Assembly: GCA_963843145.1 (NCBI GenBank)
Contig: CAWJJC010000020.1
Span: 713,788-777,787 of the forward strand
DNA: 64,000 nt
Reading direction: 5' to 3'
DNA from: an uncultured delta proteobacterium
GTDB taxonomy: Bacteria; Desulfobacterota; RBG-13-43-22
This document shows, piece after piece, positions 36,844 to 47,338 of this stretch. The position numbers were made by a program, and so were the translations under genes. Position 1 is the first letter of the stretch, and every line of letters starts with the position of its first letter. The notes under the pieces are model-generated. The model made no database searches. It had not been told where the DNA came from and saw nothing but the letters and a program-made list of their open reading frames with translations.

Positions 36844-38287
36844 TCTTTTTTTCCCGGAACAGCTTAAACGTCCGGATCAATAGGGACCAGGCGATCCAGA
36901 CGCAAAAGACGATTAAGGGGAGGGTAGCCCACCGGGGCCAGAAGATCAAAAGCAGGGAGACGATCAGCAGCAGCACCCCGGCCAGGCCGGTGATCCTGGC
37001 TTCTGCGGCGCCCAAGAGGCGGTGGTTGGTCATGGCCGCCCCCACGGTGCCGCTGAGCCGGATGGCCCGAATTCCCGCCCGCCCTACACTGCCCGAACTG
37101 AAGGATCGGTCAAGAAAGGTTCGTCGCGGAGAGGCCGACGAAAGGCTAACCCTACCTCGCGGGCTGATGACCACTTCCGTGGACGACCTCAGGTCTTCCT
37201 CATACATATTTTCCATGGTCCGGGCGAAGGTCTGGTCCTCCACGGCCACATCCAGTTCGTAATTGCCCATCCAACTGGCGATATTCAAGTTGGTGGAACC
37301 CACTCGGGCCCAACGGCCGTCGGCCACGGCCGTTTTGGCGTGAATCATGGGGCCGTTCCATTCAAAAACCCGGACTCCGGCTTCCAATAAAGGCTGGTAG
37401 GCCGCCCTGGAAATTCCCCGCAGAAGGGGAATATCCGTGGCCCCGGGAAGCAGGAGGCGCACATCCACACCGTCCTGGGCGGCCGCCCGTAGGGCCTGAA
37501 CATACGAACTGGTCCCAATAAAATAGGCGTCGGTCAACCACAAGGTCCGCCGGGCCAGAGCGGCGATCAGCAGGTCCAAGCGGTAGAGGCCGGCCGTGGA
37601 GGGAACGGTGCCGATCACCCGCAGGGCGACGCTTCCGGCCGGCTGGATCCGGTCCGGAGAAGGGACCTCCTCGGGCGGCAAGGGTTCGCCCACGGTAGCC
37701 CAGACCTCGTCAAAGGATCGTTCCAGATCGAGCAGGGCCGGGCCCCTGACCTCCACGCCGGTATCCCGCCAGGGTTCAATCCCCTTTTCGGGTTCACCGG
37801 CCCACATCCGCCCTACGCATAAACCGGTGACAAAGGCCACACGACCGTCAACGGCGATCATCTTGCGGTGGTCCCGGGTGATCCAGCCCAGCGGGCTGTC
37901 CCAGTGAGGCGGATTGAAACAACGCACCTCCACACCCGTATCCCGCAGGTATTTCCAGAATCGTCTGGAGGTCTTGCCGAAGCCGCCAACCCAGTCATAG
38001 AGGAGTCGGACCTTGACCCCTTCCCGGGCCTTGGCGGTCAATATTTCGGCGAACCGACGGCCGACTTCATCTTCGTGGATAAGGTAGCTCTCGAAATGGA
38101 TGAACTTCCGAGCCGAAAGCAGGGCCTCTATCCAGGCCGGGTAATTTTCCCGAGCATCCTTTAAGAGACGGAGGGCGTTTCCGCTAACCAGGGGAGCGCC
38201 GGCCGTCCGGGAGAGGACTTGCTCGGCCAATTGCCGGACAGGCAGGGTTGATTCCCGGGACGAAGGGGTGGGGTACTTCGGATCCAT
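36803..38287 (-). CDS. Cardiolipin synthase / phospholipase D family (ClsB-like)
   Basis: Two HKD motifs, HRKMIAVD and HAKTAVAD; GSTNLN; adjacent to a ybhP-like gene. Confidence 0.88.
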   Translation of the reverse strand: MDPKYPTPSSRESTLPVRQLAEQVLSRTAGAPLVSGNALRLLKDARENYPAWIEALLSARKFIHFESYLIHEDEVGRRFAEILTAKAREGVKVRLLYDWVGGFGKTSRRFWKYLRDTGVEVRCFNPPHWDSPLGWITRDHRKMIAVDGRVAFVTGLCVGRMWAGEPEKGIEPWRDTGVEVRGPALLDLERSFDEVWATVGEPLPPEEVPSPDRIQPAGSVALRVIGTVPSTAGLYRLDLLIAALARRTLWLTDAYFIGTSSYVQALRAAAQDGVDVRLLLPGATDIPLLRGISRAAYQPLLEAGVRVFEWNGPMIHAKTAVADGRWARVGSTNLNIASWMGNYELDVAVEDQTFARTMENMYEEDLRSSTEVVISPRGRVSLSSASPRRTFLDRSFSSGSVGRAGIRAIRLSGTVGAAMTNHRLLGAAEARITGLAGVLLLIVSLLLIFWPRWATLPLIVFCVWIAWSLLIRTFKLFREKKSDDQDNEISVTES

Positions 38288-38342
38288 ATAGATTCTATTT
38301 ATCATAGGGCGGGTCAGGGGACAATCGTTTTCGCCAGTGATA

Positions 38343-39503
38343 TCAAGTTGTCTCCACCGTGCCCCGCAGGATCCGGACCCGCAATCCTCCATGAGATAAC
38401 GATATTCCTTGATCAAATCTCAACCCGGTATTCCGAGTCAAGGGAAGACTCGAGCTAAGGAGAGCGACCTGCCAGCCCGGACACTTTGATTGCAGGACCT
38501 TGCCGAATTGGGCATAGAGGTTCCTCAGGTCTTTTTGCCGGCTGACCCGAACCCCAAAGGGCGGGTTGGTAACCACCCAGCCGGGTCCCGCCGGCACCTC
38601 AATCGACGAAACGGCCCGGCAGGAAAATTCGATGAGGCGGCCCACCCCGGCCCTTTCGGCATTTTCCCGGGCGGTCTTGATCACCCCCTGATCCCGGTCC
38701 GATCCGCTGAGGCTGGGGGTAAAACCCTTCAACCTGGGGACGGGGGTATTCAAAAGAGACTGCCATTTCTGGGCCTCAAAAGAGGGCCAGTTCATAAAGG
38801 CAAAGGGCCGGTTCAATCCCGGCGGAATGTTATAAGCCTGCAAGGCGGCTTCAATGGGGATGGTGCCGGAACCGCAAAAAGGGTCTATCAAGGGAGAAGC
38901 CCCGTCCCATCCGGAGGCCAGGAGCAGTCCCGAAGCCAGGGTTTCTCTCAGCGGGGCCTTCCCCCCCGCCAGCCGGTATCCTCTTCGATGGAGCAACGAT
39001 CCCGAAGAATCGAGACTGACGGTCACCTGGTCATTTACCACCCGGGCCATGATGATTTGCGGCCCTGGGAATGTTTCGTTTTCCTCCCCCGCCTGAACGG
39101 AGGGAAGTCGACCCAACCGGTCGGTAATGGCCCCGGCCAGACGCTCGGCCACGGCCTTCTGGTGATACAGTCGGGATTGGTGGCAGGTGACCCGGAAAAC
39201 TACCGGGCTCCCGGGTGGGAGAACCTCTTCCCAGGGAAGTTGACCGGCCTTGCGGCGCAACTCGCTGAACGCGGCCGCGCGAAAAGTCCCGAAGCGGACC
39301 AATATCCGATCGGCGGTCCGCAAATTAAGATTCGCCCGATAGAGATCCGTCAGCTCCCCCGAAAAGGAAATCCCGCCGATCTCCTCAACGGCCGGGTGCT
39401 CCGGCGCTGATGAACCCGGGTCTGGAGGAAAGAGCCCCAGGACCTCCAGCTCGTGTGCGGTAAAAGACTCTAATCCTGGAGTACAGACGGCGAAAAATTC
39501 CAT
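38343..39503 (-). CDS. THUMP-domain rRNA methyltransferase (RlmL-like)
   Basis: [41 protein letters not shown]. Confidence 0.88.
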   Translation of the reverse strand: MEFFAVCTPGLESFTAHELEVLGLFPPDPGSSAPEHPAVEEIGGISFSGELTDLYRANLNLRTADRILVRFGTFRAAAFSELRRKAGQLPWEEVLPPGSPVVFRVTCHQSRLYHQKAVAERLAGAITDRLGRLPSVQAGEENETFPGPQIIMARVVNDQVTVSLDSSGSLLHRRGYRLAGGKAPLRETLASGLLLASGWDGASPLIDPFCGSGTIPIEAALQAYNIPPGLNRPFAFMNWPSFEAQKWQSLLNTPVPRLKGFTPSLSGSDRDQGVIKTARENAERAGVGRLIEFSCRAVSSIEVPAGPGWVVTNPPFGVRVSRQKDLRNLYAQFGKVLQSKCPGWQVALLSSSLPLTRNTGLRFDQGISLSHGGLRVRILRGTVETT

Positions 39504-40760
39504 TTATCCAGCCAATTTTCTAAGCCGGTTGATCCTTTCCACTAGTGGGGGATGGGAATAATGAAACCGGACATAGAAGGGATGGGGATTCAGGTTGGTC
39601 AGGTTGTCGGCCGCCATCCGTTTAAAGGCCTCGATCAACGGTTCGGGCGTTCCCATCTTGGCCAGGGCATAATCGTCGGCCTGGCGTTCATAGCGTCGGG
39701 AGAGGGCCAGGGAAAAAGGGGCCAGGAAGAAAGCCGCTTTTTGTCCGATGAGGCCCAGTAAAAAAAGACCGACATAGGCCTTGGGTTCGCCGAAGCCGAA
39801 GGAATAATAGAGTCCGGACCAACCCAGGAATCGAGCGGCCAGATAAAGCCCGGCCAGGGTAGAGGCGGCAAACAGCAGAAACAGTTTAAGGATGTGTCTT
39901 CTTTTGTAGTGCCCCAGCTCGTGGGCCAAGATGCCTATAATTTCTTCCTGGGGATGGGCCTGGATCAGGGTATCGAACAGAACCACCCGTTTGGTTTTCC
40001 CCAATCCGGTAAAATAGGCATTGGTATGGCCGCTGCGTTTTCCGGCGTCCATCTGAAATATCCCTTTCAGACCGACCCCGGCCTTTTTCATCAGCCCGAT
40101 GATTTTTCCCCTTAAGTCTTCCTCTTGTATGGCTTCGAACTTATTGAAAAGGGGAGCGATGAGTACCGGGTAGAGTACGGCCAGCACCAATTGAAATGAC
40201 GAGAGGAACAGAAAGCCCCAGACCCACCAAAATTGAGGGGCGGCCTGAATGAGCCAGAGGACCAAGGAAAAGACCAGAGTAAAGAGAAGCAACGAAAGCA
40301 GGCCCGCCTTCAGGTGATCTAAAATCCAAATTTTGAGGGTGGCCCGGTTGAACCCGTATTTTTCTTCAAGCACAAAGGCTTGATAATAATCAAAAGGCAG
40401 ATCCAGTAAGGCATTCAAAAGCCCGGGGATCATAAAAAACAACAGGCCCGTGAGAACCGAATTCCAGGACAGGCGCGTCAGCAGGTTATCCAAGAAGGGG
40501 AAGAAGCCCCAGAGAATCAGACCCAGGAAATAGAGTTCGGAAAAGACCAGGTGAATCGACCCGAATCGGCTCCGCTCCCCCGAATAGGCAATGGTCTGTT
40601 TCATTTTTTGTTCATCCATGAACCCTTCGAATCCCTCCGGTACCCGGCCGCCATGTTTTTGCTGATGATCCCGGTTCATTCGCTCCATCCCCAGAGCGAA
40701 GATCAACTGAAGCAGATAGAGCCCCACAAAACCACCAAACAAAAAATTCCATTGAGGCAA
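39504..40760 (-). CDS. M48 family (Ste24p-like) membrane zinc peptidase
   Basis: LEEKYGFN, PLFNKF, NAYFTG.GK.KR.VLFDTL, HELGH, E..AD, SHPP; TTG start after AAGGAG. Confidence 0.92.
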   Translation of the reverse strand: MPQWNFLFGGFVGLYLLQLIFALGMERMNRDHQQKHGGRVPEGFEGFMDEQKMKQTIAYSGERSRFGSIHLVFSELYFLGLILWGFFPFLDNLLTRLSWNSVLTGLLFFMIPGLLNALLDLPFDYYQAFVLEEKYGFNRATLKIWILDHLKAGLLSLLLFTLVFSLVLWLIQAAPQFWWVWGFLFLSSFQLVLAVLYPVLIAPLFNKFEAIQEEDLRGKIIGLMKKAGVGLKGIFQMDAGKRSGHTNAYFTGLGKTKRVVLFDTLIQAHPQEEIIGILAHELGHYKRRHILKLFLLFAASTLAGLYLAARFLGWSGLYYSFGFGEPKAYVGLFLLGLIGQKAAFFLAPFSLALSRRYERQADDYALAKMGTPEPLIEAFKRMAADNLTNLNPHPFYVRFHYSHPPLVERINRLRKLAG

Positions 40761-40944
40761 AAAGAACTCCTTATTCTCAGGCTTCGTGGGTACCCACACC
40801 GGGCCTGCGGTTTTAGTATGGAAAAGTTTAACTTTGATTTCAAGCGGAAAACGATGCGCCGCGCTCTCTGACTTGGATTATTTCCAAGCATCACCCTTTC
40901 CTGTTTTAAATTATGAAAGCTTTAGGTTAAACTGGGAGAAAGCC

Positions 40945-42723
40945 ATGCATTTTTTTAAATCCTTCAACGCCTTCCTCAAGGCAGGTTTTATCTGCACGAT
41001 TATAACCCTCGCTGTTTCAGGGGTCTCCTCGGGGGCCGCGCCGACTTTAGCGGTAGTGGTGGAAGGACTGGAAGGAGAGTCCCAAAAAAACGTGGAACGG
41101 GCTCTTTCCCTACCGGAAGGAATTCTGGATAAAGATCGAGTCGATGAACCGTTGCTGGCCCTTTTCCAAAAGGATGTACCCCTGAAGGTCCGGGAAGCCT
41201 TGAAGCCTTTCGGCTTCTATCATCCCCGTGTGGAAACCGCCATCAAGAGGTCCTCCGATAAGCTTGTCCTGCGGGTCCACGTTGAACCTGGACCTCCGGT
41301 TCGGGTTCAAGCCCTAAGAATAGAGCTTCAAGGACCCGGGTCCGAAATGGACAAACTCCGGAAGAATATCCCCTTATTTCCTTTGAAAGAGGGAGATATG
41401 CTCCGGCAGGACCTGTATGAGGAGGGAAAAACCGCCCTTCAGGACGCGGCCCGTGAATCCGGCTACCTGGACGCCTACTTTTCCACCCACGTCATTCATC
41501 TGTCGTTAGAAAAAGATTCGGCTCAAATAGACCTGACCCTGGATACCGGCCCCCGGTATTACTTCGGGGAGGTTGTCTTTGTCCCGCCCTTACCCTTTCC
41601 GGAATCCTTTCTGCGGCGGTACCTGGCTTTCCGCCCCGGCCGGCCTTATTCCCCGCGAGGCCTGGCCCGGACACAACTCAACTTCAACAACGCCGACCGT
41701 TTCTCTGAAGTCACCATCGAGGCCGACAAGGAAGAGGCCCAGGATTACCGGGTGCCGGTCCGCCTTCACCTGACGCCTTCCAAACTTAAGCGGTTCCGGT
41801 TCGGAGTCGGTTACGAAACCGACAACGGGCCGGGAGTGCTGGTCCGCTATCAGGACCTGAATTTCAATCATTGGGGGCACGAGGCCAGCGCCGAGCTGAG
41901 GCTTTCCGAGCGACTTCAAGGATTGGGCTTCGATTACATCCTGCCGGGTACCCGTCATTTGGACAACAAGACCGCTTTTAAACTGGGCTATAAACATGAA
42001 ATTACCGATACCTACGATACACGTTCCCTCTTTGCCGTGGGTGAATACGTGCAGCGTATCGGTCGGGGTCGTCTGGGGTCGGCCACCCTGCAACTGTTGC
42101 AGGAAGATTATACCATTGGCGACCAGAAAGGGATTGCCACCCTGTTGATCCCGGGGGCCCGATTCTGGCAGCGCCGCTACGACGACCCGGTTCATCCCAC
42201 CCGGGGCTACCGCATTTCCATCGAGACCCGGGGGAGCACTCCGGCCTTGGGCTCCGACGGGTCCTTCCTGCAGGTCATTCCCCAAGGCGATGCCCTGATC
42301 CCCCTGGGAAACGGTTTCTCGCTCCTATTGCGGGGTCAGATGGGCGCCTCCCTTCAGAATGAACCGTTAAAAACCCTCCCACCGTCTCTCCGCTTTTTCG
42401 CCGGGGGGGATCAAAGCGTCCGGGGATATGCGTATCAATCCCTGGGACCCAAGGATCCGTCCGGGAAAGTGGTGGGCGGGAAAAACCTGCTGGTGGGCAG
42501 CCTCGAAATCGAAAAAGCCATAACCCGCCTCTGGGGATTGGCGGCTTTTTACGATGCCGGGAATGCCTTCGATGATTTCAGCCAATATAAATTGAAACAA
42601 GGCGCCGGTCTCGGCCTACGCATTTATACTCCCCTGGGCCCCATCCGACTCGATCTGGCGCGCCAGATCGGTGAAACCGACAACCAATATCGGATTCATC
42701 TTTCCGTGGGGTTCGCCTTATGA
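40945..42723 (+). CDS. tamA: Translocation and assembly module outer-membrane subunit TamA (Omp85 family)
   Basis: POTRA-like domains, RFFAGGDQSVRGY, G.GLR..TPLGPIRLDLA, C-terminal Phe-containing strand. Confidence 0.9.
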   Translation: MHFFKSFNAFLKAGFICTIITLAVSGVSSGAAPTLAVVVEGLEGESQKNVERALSLPEGILDKDRVDEPLLALFQKDVPLKVREALKPFGFYHPRVETAIKRSSDKLVLRVHVEPGPPVRVQALRIELQGPGSEMDKLRKNIPLFPLKEGDMLRQDLYEEGKTALQDAARESGYLDAYFSTHVIHLSLEKDSAQIDLTLDTGPRYYFGEVVFVPPLPFPESFLRRYLAFRPGRPYSPRGLARTQLNFNNADRFSEVTIEADKEEAQDYRVPVRLHLTPSKLKRFRFGVGYETDNGPGVLVRYQDLNFNHWGHEASAELRLSERLQGLGFDYILPGTRHLDNKTAFKLGYKHEITDTYDTRSLFAVGEYVQRIGRGRLGSATLQLLQEDYTIGDQKGIATLLIPGARFWQRRYDDPVHPTRGYRISIETRGSTPALGSDGSFLQVIPQGDALIPLGNGFSLLLRGQMGASLQNEPLKTLPPSLRFFAGGDQSVRGYAYQSLGPKDPSGKVVGGKNLLVGSLEIEKAITRLWGLAAFYDAGNAFDDFSQYKLKQGAGLGLRIYTPLGPIRLDLARQIGETDNQYRIHLSVGFAL

Positions 42724-45700
42724 AACGAGGGTTGCTTGTCGGCGCCGGTCTGCTGGTCCTGATCCTGGCCCTGTTGTCCTGGGGGGTTTACCGCCTCCTC
42801 TGGACCCCCGGCGGCGTGCATTGGCTGCTGGAAAAAATCCCCCAATATACGTCCCTGACCATCCGGGCCGAAAAAGTAACCGGCCGGCTGGCTGGCGATT
42901 TGCTCCTGGAAGGGGTCCAGGTCCGCTGGCAGGGAGGCCGACTGGAAATTCAACAGTTGCAGACCTCCTTCAGAATCAGCCATCTGCTACGGGGACGCAT
43001 CCTTTTTGAAAAAATTGCCGCCAACCGGATTTCCATTGAAAAAAAGCCATCCCCGCTGGAGCCGCTTGATTTGACCCTGCCCCGGGTCAGCGGCCTTTTG
43101 GGCCGTCTGGACCTGGAGGTCCGAACCTTCCTCCTGGAGGCCATCCGCTACCAGAGTGGCAAAGAACCACCGCTGGTCATTAAAAAAATAGGCGGTCGAC
43201 TGGCCTGGAAACAAGGGACCCTGGCCGTTAACCCCCTGGAACTGGAACTGACCGCCGGGCGGTTGAAAGGGGCGCTGGGGTTGGGTCTGGCCGTTCCCTC
43301 CCTGGGACTGGACATTCAATTCTATCCGGAGAAGCCCCTTTGGGGTTCGGACCGGATTTTCCTGCAGGCTCGCTTGAAGGAAGGCCGCCGCCCGGAACAG
43401 TTGGCCGGTCCGCTGGCGATTCAAGGCCGGTCGGGAACCGGGGAGCGAATCCTGTTTCAATCCGATCTGGCCGTAGCCCAGCGGCGGATTACCCTGCACG
43501 GGTTCTCCCTCCGGGAAAAGGGCCGGGAGGGAACGGTCCACGGGCAGGGAGCGATCATTTTTGAGCAGGCGGACACCGCCTACCTGGCCGATTTAAAACT
43601 GGATGGTCTCGATCTATCCCGGGAGGTGAACTTCCCCGCCAGGGTGTCGGGGTTTTTACGGGTTGCAGGAAACCCGACGTCTTATAGCGGCGGTTTCGAT
43701 TTCAAAAACAACGTTAAAACCTGGCAGACCCTCCAATTGCGGGGTGGCTTTCAAGGTAATACGGCGGGACTGGAAGTGCGGGTGGACCGCGGAGAATGGA
43801 TCAAGGGGTACTTGCAGGGGCGGGTCAGACTGGCCTGGGAAAAGTATTTTTCTGTTCAGACTACCCTGGAAGGCAGACAGTTCAAGCCGGAGCAGATTAA
43901 CGCCGGGTGGCCGGGAATAATCAATGTAGATCTCAAAGGAGATCTGCTTTGGTCGGAGGCCGGCTTGTCCCGAGGAACCCTGGACATCCGCTTGCTGGAA
44001 AGTCGGTTCCAGGGGAAAAATTTACAGGGCGGGATCAGGGCCACCTTGAAAGGTGAACGTCTTTCCATTGAAAAAGCCGAACTCCAGGGACGAGGATTCG
44101 CACTTACGGCCCGCGGGGACTGGGTAGAACGTCTGAACTTTGAAGCTCGGATCGCCGATCTATCCGCCCTGCTGCCCGAAAGCCGCGGAGGGGGGATGGC
44201 CAGCGGCTGGGTCCGCTGGCGGAATCAAAAGCTGGCAGGCCGCCTCTCCCTGCAAGGGAAGCGTTTTTCCTGGAATAACCTCTCCGCTGAAACGTTTAAC
44301 CTGGTAGGGGGGTTAGACCAGGAGAAATCGAAACCTTCGGTCGACCTGAAGGCCTGGATTGGGAAAGGGACGTATAATTTCTTCCCGGTTGACTCCCTCT
44401 CCCTGAAGGTTCAAGGGACGATGGCCCGGCAGGAAATAAGTCTTTCCGTTCAGACTCCGGAGGGAAAGGTCCAAGCCGGATTGGAGGGGGCTTATCGACA
44501 AAACCGCTGGGAGGGGACCCTTTTAACCCTGGCCGGGGAAATCCCCCGGGGAAAGGCCTTCCGCCTGAAAGATCCCACCGAACTGAACATCGGGCCGGAG
44601 CGAATCCGCCTTTCACCGCTGGTCCTCACCGGTGCGGGCGGGGAGGTCCTGACCCTCGAGGGGGATCTGGGGCTGAAGCCGCTTTCGGGTTTGGTACGCG
44701 GTGAATGGCAGCGGTTCGATCTGTCCCGCGCCCGTTTCTGGTTGGAGCAACTTCAGCCGGAGGGAGAGGCCTCCGGTCGGCTGCAGGCACGATTTTCAGG
44801 GGAAGATCGCCTGGAAGTAAACCTCCGGAACGAAATGAAGGGAAAAATCCGGACCGGTCGGCAGACCGTGGAATTAAACCGGGGTGATTTCAATCTGACC
44901 TGGGACGATACGGGACTTCGTTCCTCCTGGGATTTATCCGGGTTGGGGGGGGTTCGATTCCGGGGCGAGGCCGCCTCACCGGAAAAAGGCCGTTTTTCAT
45001 TTCCGGAAAAAGGGAGCCTAAACGCCCAAGGAAACGGGCTGCAGTTGGACCTCCTGAAACCGTGGCTGCCTCAAGGCCTTGTCCTGCAAGGACAACTAAC
45101 GGGCCAGATTCAGGGATTCTGGAGCAAAGGGCTCCGCTTTAATCTCGATGGCGGGGCCAAGGTCCTGGAGGGTTCCATCGCCTGGAAAGAAAACGGATCT
45201 GAAATCCGGGCCCAGGTGCGTCAGGCCGATCTGGGAGTCCGCTGGGCCGAGGAGACCTTGAAAGGCGATCTGGCGGTTGAACTCGCTGGGTATGGAAAGG
45301 CCTCGGGAAAATTCAATTTGCCCCTCCCCACCCGATTTCCCTTGAAATTAAATCCCTCCGGTCCGCTGCAAGCCGGTCTTTCGGGAAACTTTCGAGAAAG
45401 CGGCCTGCTAACCGCCCTTTTCCCCCAGGCGGTTCGTTCCAGCCGGGGGAAACTGCAATGGGACCTCTCCGCCACAGGGACCTGGGAAAAACCGACGCTT
45501 CGGGGAAACCTGGAACTGGCCGAAGGCGGAGCCGATCTGCCCTCCCTGGGCCTTCGTCTCCAGGACGTAACCCTCAAAGGGACCCTCAGCGACGATCGCC
45601 TTCAAATTGACTCGCTGGATCTGCGTTCCGGACCCGGATCCTTGAATGGAAAAGCCGTCTTCAGGCTGAAAGATTGGAAGATTACCGAAATGCAGGGCAG

Positions 45701-46655
45701 GCTGCTCGGGAAGAATTTTCAATTCATCCACCGGCCCAATTTTCAAGCCCTGGGCAACCCGGACCTGGCGTTTAACGGAACCCCGGACCAACTCCAAGTG
45801 AATGGCAAGATTGAAATCCCTGAAGCGCTGATCACCAAGGATCCCATCTCGGGAATAATAAAAGCCAGTCCCGATGTGGTGATCGTGGATGCCCCCCCGT
45901 CCCCCCCTGCGGGCCGGTCTTATCCCATCCAGGGCCTAATCCATCTGGTCTTCGGAGAAAAAGTCCGGGTGAAAGTCGGCGGTCTGGATACCCTGCTCAA
46001 GGGAACTATCCGGGTGGCCTTTCAAAACTCCAAGGACCTGAACGCGACTGGAGAGATTCGAGCCGACCAGGGTACTTACCTTGTTCAGGGAACCAAACTG
46101 AACATCACCCGGGGCCGGGTGATGTTCCAAGGCCCTCCTGACAACCCGGGCCTGGACCTGCTGGCCGTGCGGACCATACGGGGAAGTCAACGCCTGGAAG
46201 ACTTTGTGGATGAAGTCAAGGCCGGCGTCGTGGTGACCGGATCGATACGGTCGCCCCTGGTCCGACTCTATTCCCAGCCCGCCATGTCGGAGACGGATGT
46301 GCTATCTTATATTCTATTCGGAAAACCCCTGGGACGCGGTGCCGACCAGCAGAACCTGGCGATTTTGGGCAAGGCGGCCCAGCTTCTTTTGGGAGATAAA
46401 ATGGACAGCAGCCTGGTCAGCCGCCTGAAGCTGGATACCCTCGATATTCAATCCGAAGGCGGGGATGTTTCCCAGTCCATCGTTACCGTGGGCAAATACC
46501 TCGACCCACGCCTCTACCTGGGTCTGGGGGGATCCCTATTCAGCAATACCTACCAGGTCATTCTGCGCTACGCCCTCATGCCGCGCCTGGAACTGGAAAC
46601 CAGGGGGGGCACCCAGAGCGGCGGGGGCATTTATTATAAGGTGGATTTTGAGTAA
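42720..46655 (+). CDS. tamB: TamB (DUF490) protein
   Basis: 1311-aa beta-rich protein with N-terminal TM helix; SPDVVIV, YSQP.MS..D.LSY..FG, VGKYL; overlaps the tamA stop. Confidence 0.88.
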   Translation: MKRGLLVGAGLLVLILALLSWGVYRLLWTPGGVHWLLEKIPQYTSLTIRAEKVTGRLAGDLLLEGVQVRWQGGRLEIQQLQTSFRISHLLRGRILFEKIAANRISIEKKPSPLEPLDLTLPRVSGLLGRLDLEVRTFLLEAIRYQSGKEPPLVIKKIGGRLAWKQGTLAVNPLELELTAGRLKGALGLGLAVPSLGLDIQFYPEKPLWGSDRIFLQARLKEGRRPEQLAGPLAIQGRSGTGERILFQSDLAVAQRRITLHGFSLREKGREGTVHGQGAIIFEQADTAYLADLKLDGLDLSREVNFPARVSGFLRVAGNPTSYSGGFDFKNNVKTWQTLQLRGGFQGNTAGLEVRVDRGEWIKGYLQGRVRLAWEKYFSVQTTLEGRQFKPEQINAGWPGIINVDLKGDLLWSEAGLSRGTLDIRLLESRFQGKNLQGGIRATLKGERLSIEKAELQGRGFALTARGDWVERLNFEARIADLSALLPESRGGGMASGWVRWRNQKLAGRLSLQGKRFSWNNLSAETFNLVGGLDQEKSKPSVDLKAWIGKGTYNFFPVDSLSLKVQGTMARQEISLSVQTPEGKVQAGLEGAYRQNRWEGTLLTLAGEIPRGKAFRLKDPTELNIGPERIRLSPLVLTGAGGEVLTLEGDLGLKPLSGLVRGEWQRFDLSRARFWLEQLQPEGEASGRLQARFSGEDRLEVNLRNEMKGKIRTGRQTVELNRGDFNLTWDDTGLRSSWDLSGLGGVRFRGEAASPEKGRFSFPEKGSLNAQGNGLQLDLLKPWLPQGLVLQGQLTGQIQGFWSKGLRFNLDGGAKVLEGSIAWKENGSEIRAQVRQADLGVRWAEETLKGDLAVELAGYGKASGKFNLPLPTRFPLKLNPSGPLQAGLSGNFRESGLLTALFPQAVRSSRGKLQWDLSATGTWEKPTLRGNLELAEGGADLPSLGLRLQDVTLKGTLSDDRLQIDSLDLRSGPGSLNGKAVFRLKDWKITEMQGRLLGKNFQFIHRPNFQALGNPDLAFNGTPDQLQVNGKIEIPEALITKDPISGIIKASPDVVIVDAPPSPPAGRSYPIQGLIHLVFGEKVRVKVGGLDTLLKGTIRVAFQNSKDLNATGEIRADQGTYLVQGTKLNITRGRVMFQGPPDNPGLDLLAVRTIRGSQRLEDFVDEVKAGVVVTGSIRSPLVRLYSQPAMSETDVLSYILFGKPLGRGADQQNLAILGKAAQLLLGDKMDSSLVSRLKLDTLDIQSEGGDVSQSIVTVGKYLDPRLYLGLGGSLFSNTYQVILRYALMPRLELETRGGTQSGGGIYYKVDFE

Positions 46656-46812
46656 TGAAGGCTAACGATAGGTGTTTAATCGCTTGCGGGATTATGCAAT
46701 TGGAAACCAGGAAGGTTGGGTTGGCCGGTCTTCAGAAGGTATTATCGAACGCCCTGGAGAGAGTCCAACCATGAATCCTTTACTCCAGCTTATGGAAAAA
46801 CGGCCGAGGTAA

Positions 46813-47304
46813 TTAAAGCACCTTGGGGTTAAGCTGCCATAAAGCCGCCGTGAGCGCGGTGGCCAAACTTACCCAGGCCAGGTAAGGCAAAAGGAGATAG
46901 CCCGCTAACGGTCGCACCCGGTAGAAGGCGATCAGAGTCAGCAGGATCAGCAGCCAGAGAGCGATAATCTCCGCCAGCGCCCATCCCCCCTGCCGCCAGG
47001 CGAAGAAAACCCAGGTCCACAAGGCGTTTAAGGCCAATTGGATCAGATAGAAGCAAAGGGCTGGCCGGGTATTCTTCTCCCGCTCTTCACGCCAGACCAG
47101 CCAGGCGGCCACGGTCATGAGCAGGTAAAGGACGGTCCAGACCGGTCCGAAGACCGCCGCCGGCGGGGCCCAGGAAGGCTTGATCAGCTCGGCGTAAAAA
47201 CCGGGGGCGTTGGCCGAAGCCCAACCCCCGATGGCCGCCGCCGAAAAAGTAATTCCCAAAATGATGAAGAATCCGACTAAGGGTCGAACTTTCCTCTCGC
47301 TCAC
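46813..47304 (-). CDS. tspO: TspO/MBR family protein
   Basis: Y..L.KPSWAPP..VFGPVWT.LY.LM, QL.LN..W...FF, LLPYLAWV. Confidence 0.92.
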   Translation of the reverse strand: MSERKVRPLVGFFIILGITFSAAAIGGWASANAPGFYAELIKPSWAPPAAVFGPVWTVLYLLMTVAAWLVWREEREKNTRPALCFYLIQLALNALWTWVFFAWRQGGWALAEIIALWLLILLTLIAFYRVRPLAGYLLLPYLAWVSLATALTAALWQLNPKVL

Positions 47305-47338
47305 CGGTATGATCCCTAAATCCGAAACAGGAATGGAT

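Noticed and set aside
38490-39410. Long antisense ORFs (for example 38490-39410, 55349-56410, 5403-6299)
   Set aside because: Shadow frames of well-supported genes in GC-rich DNA, with no recognisable motifs.
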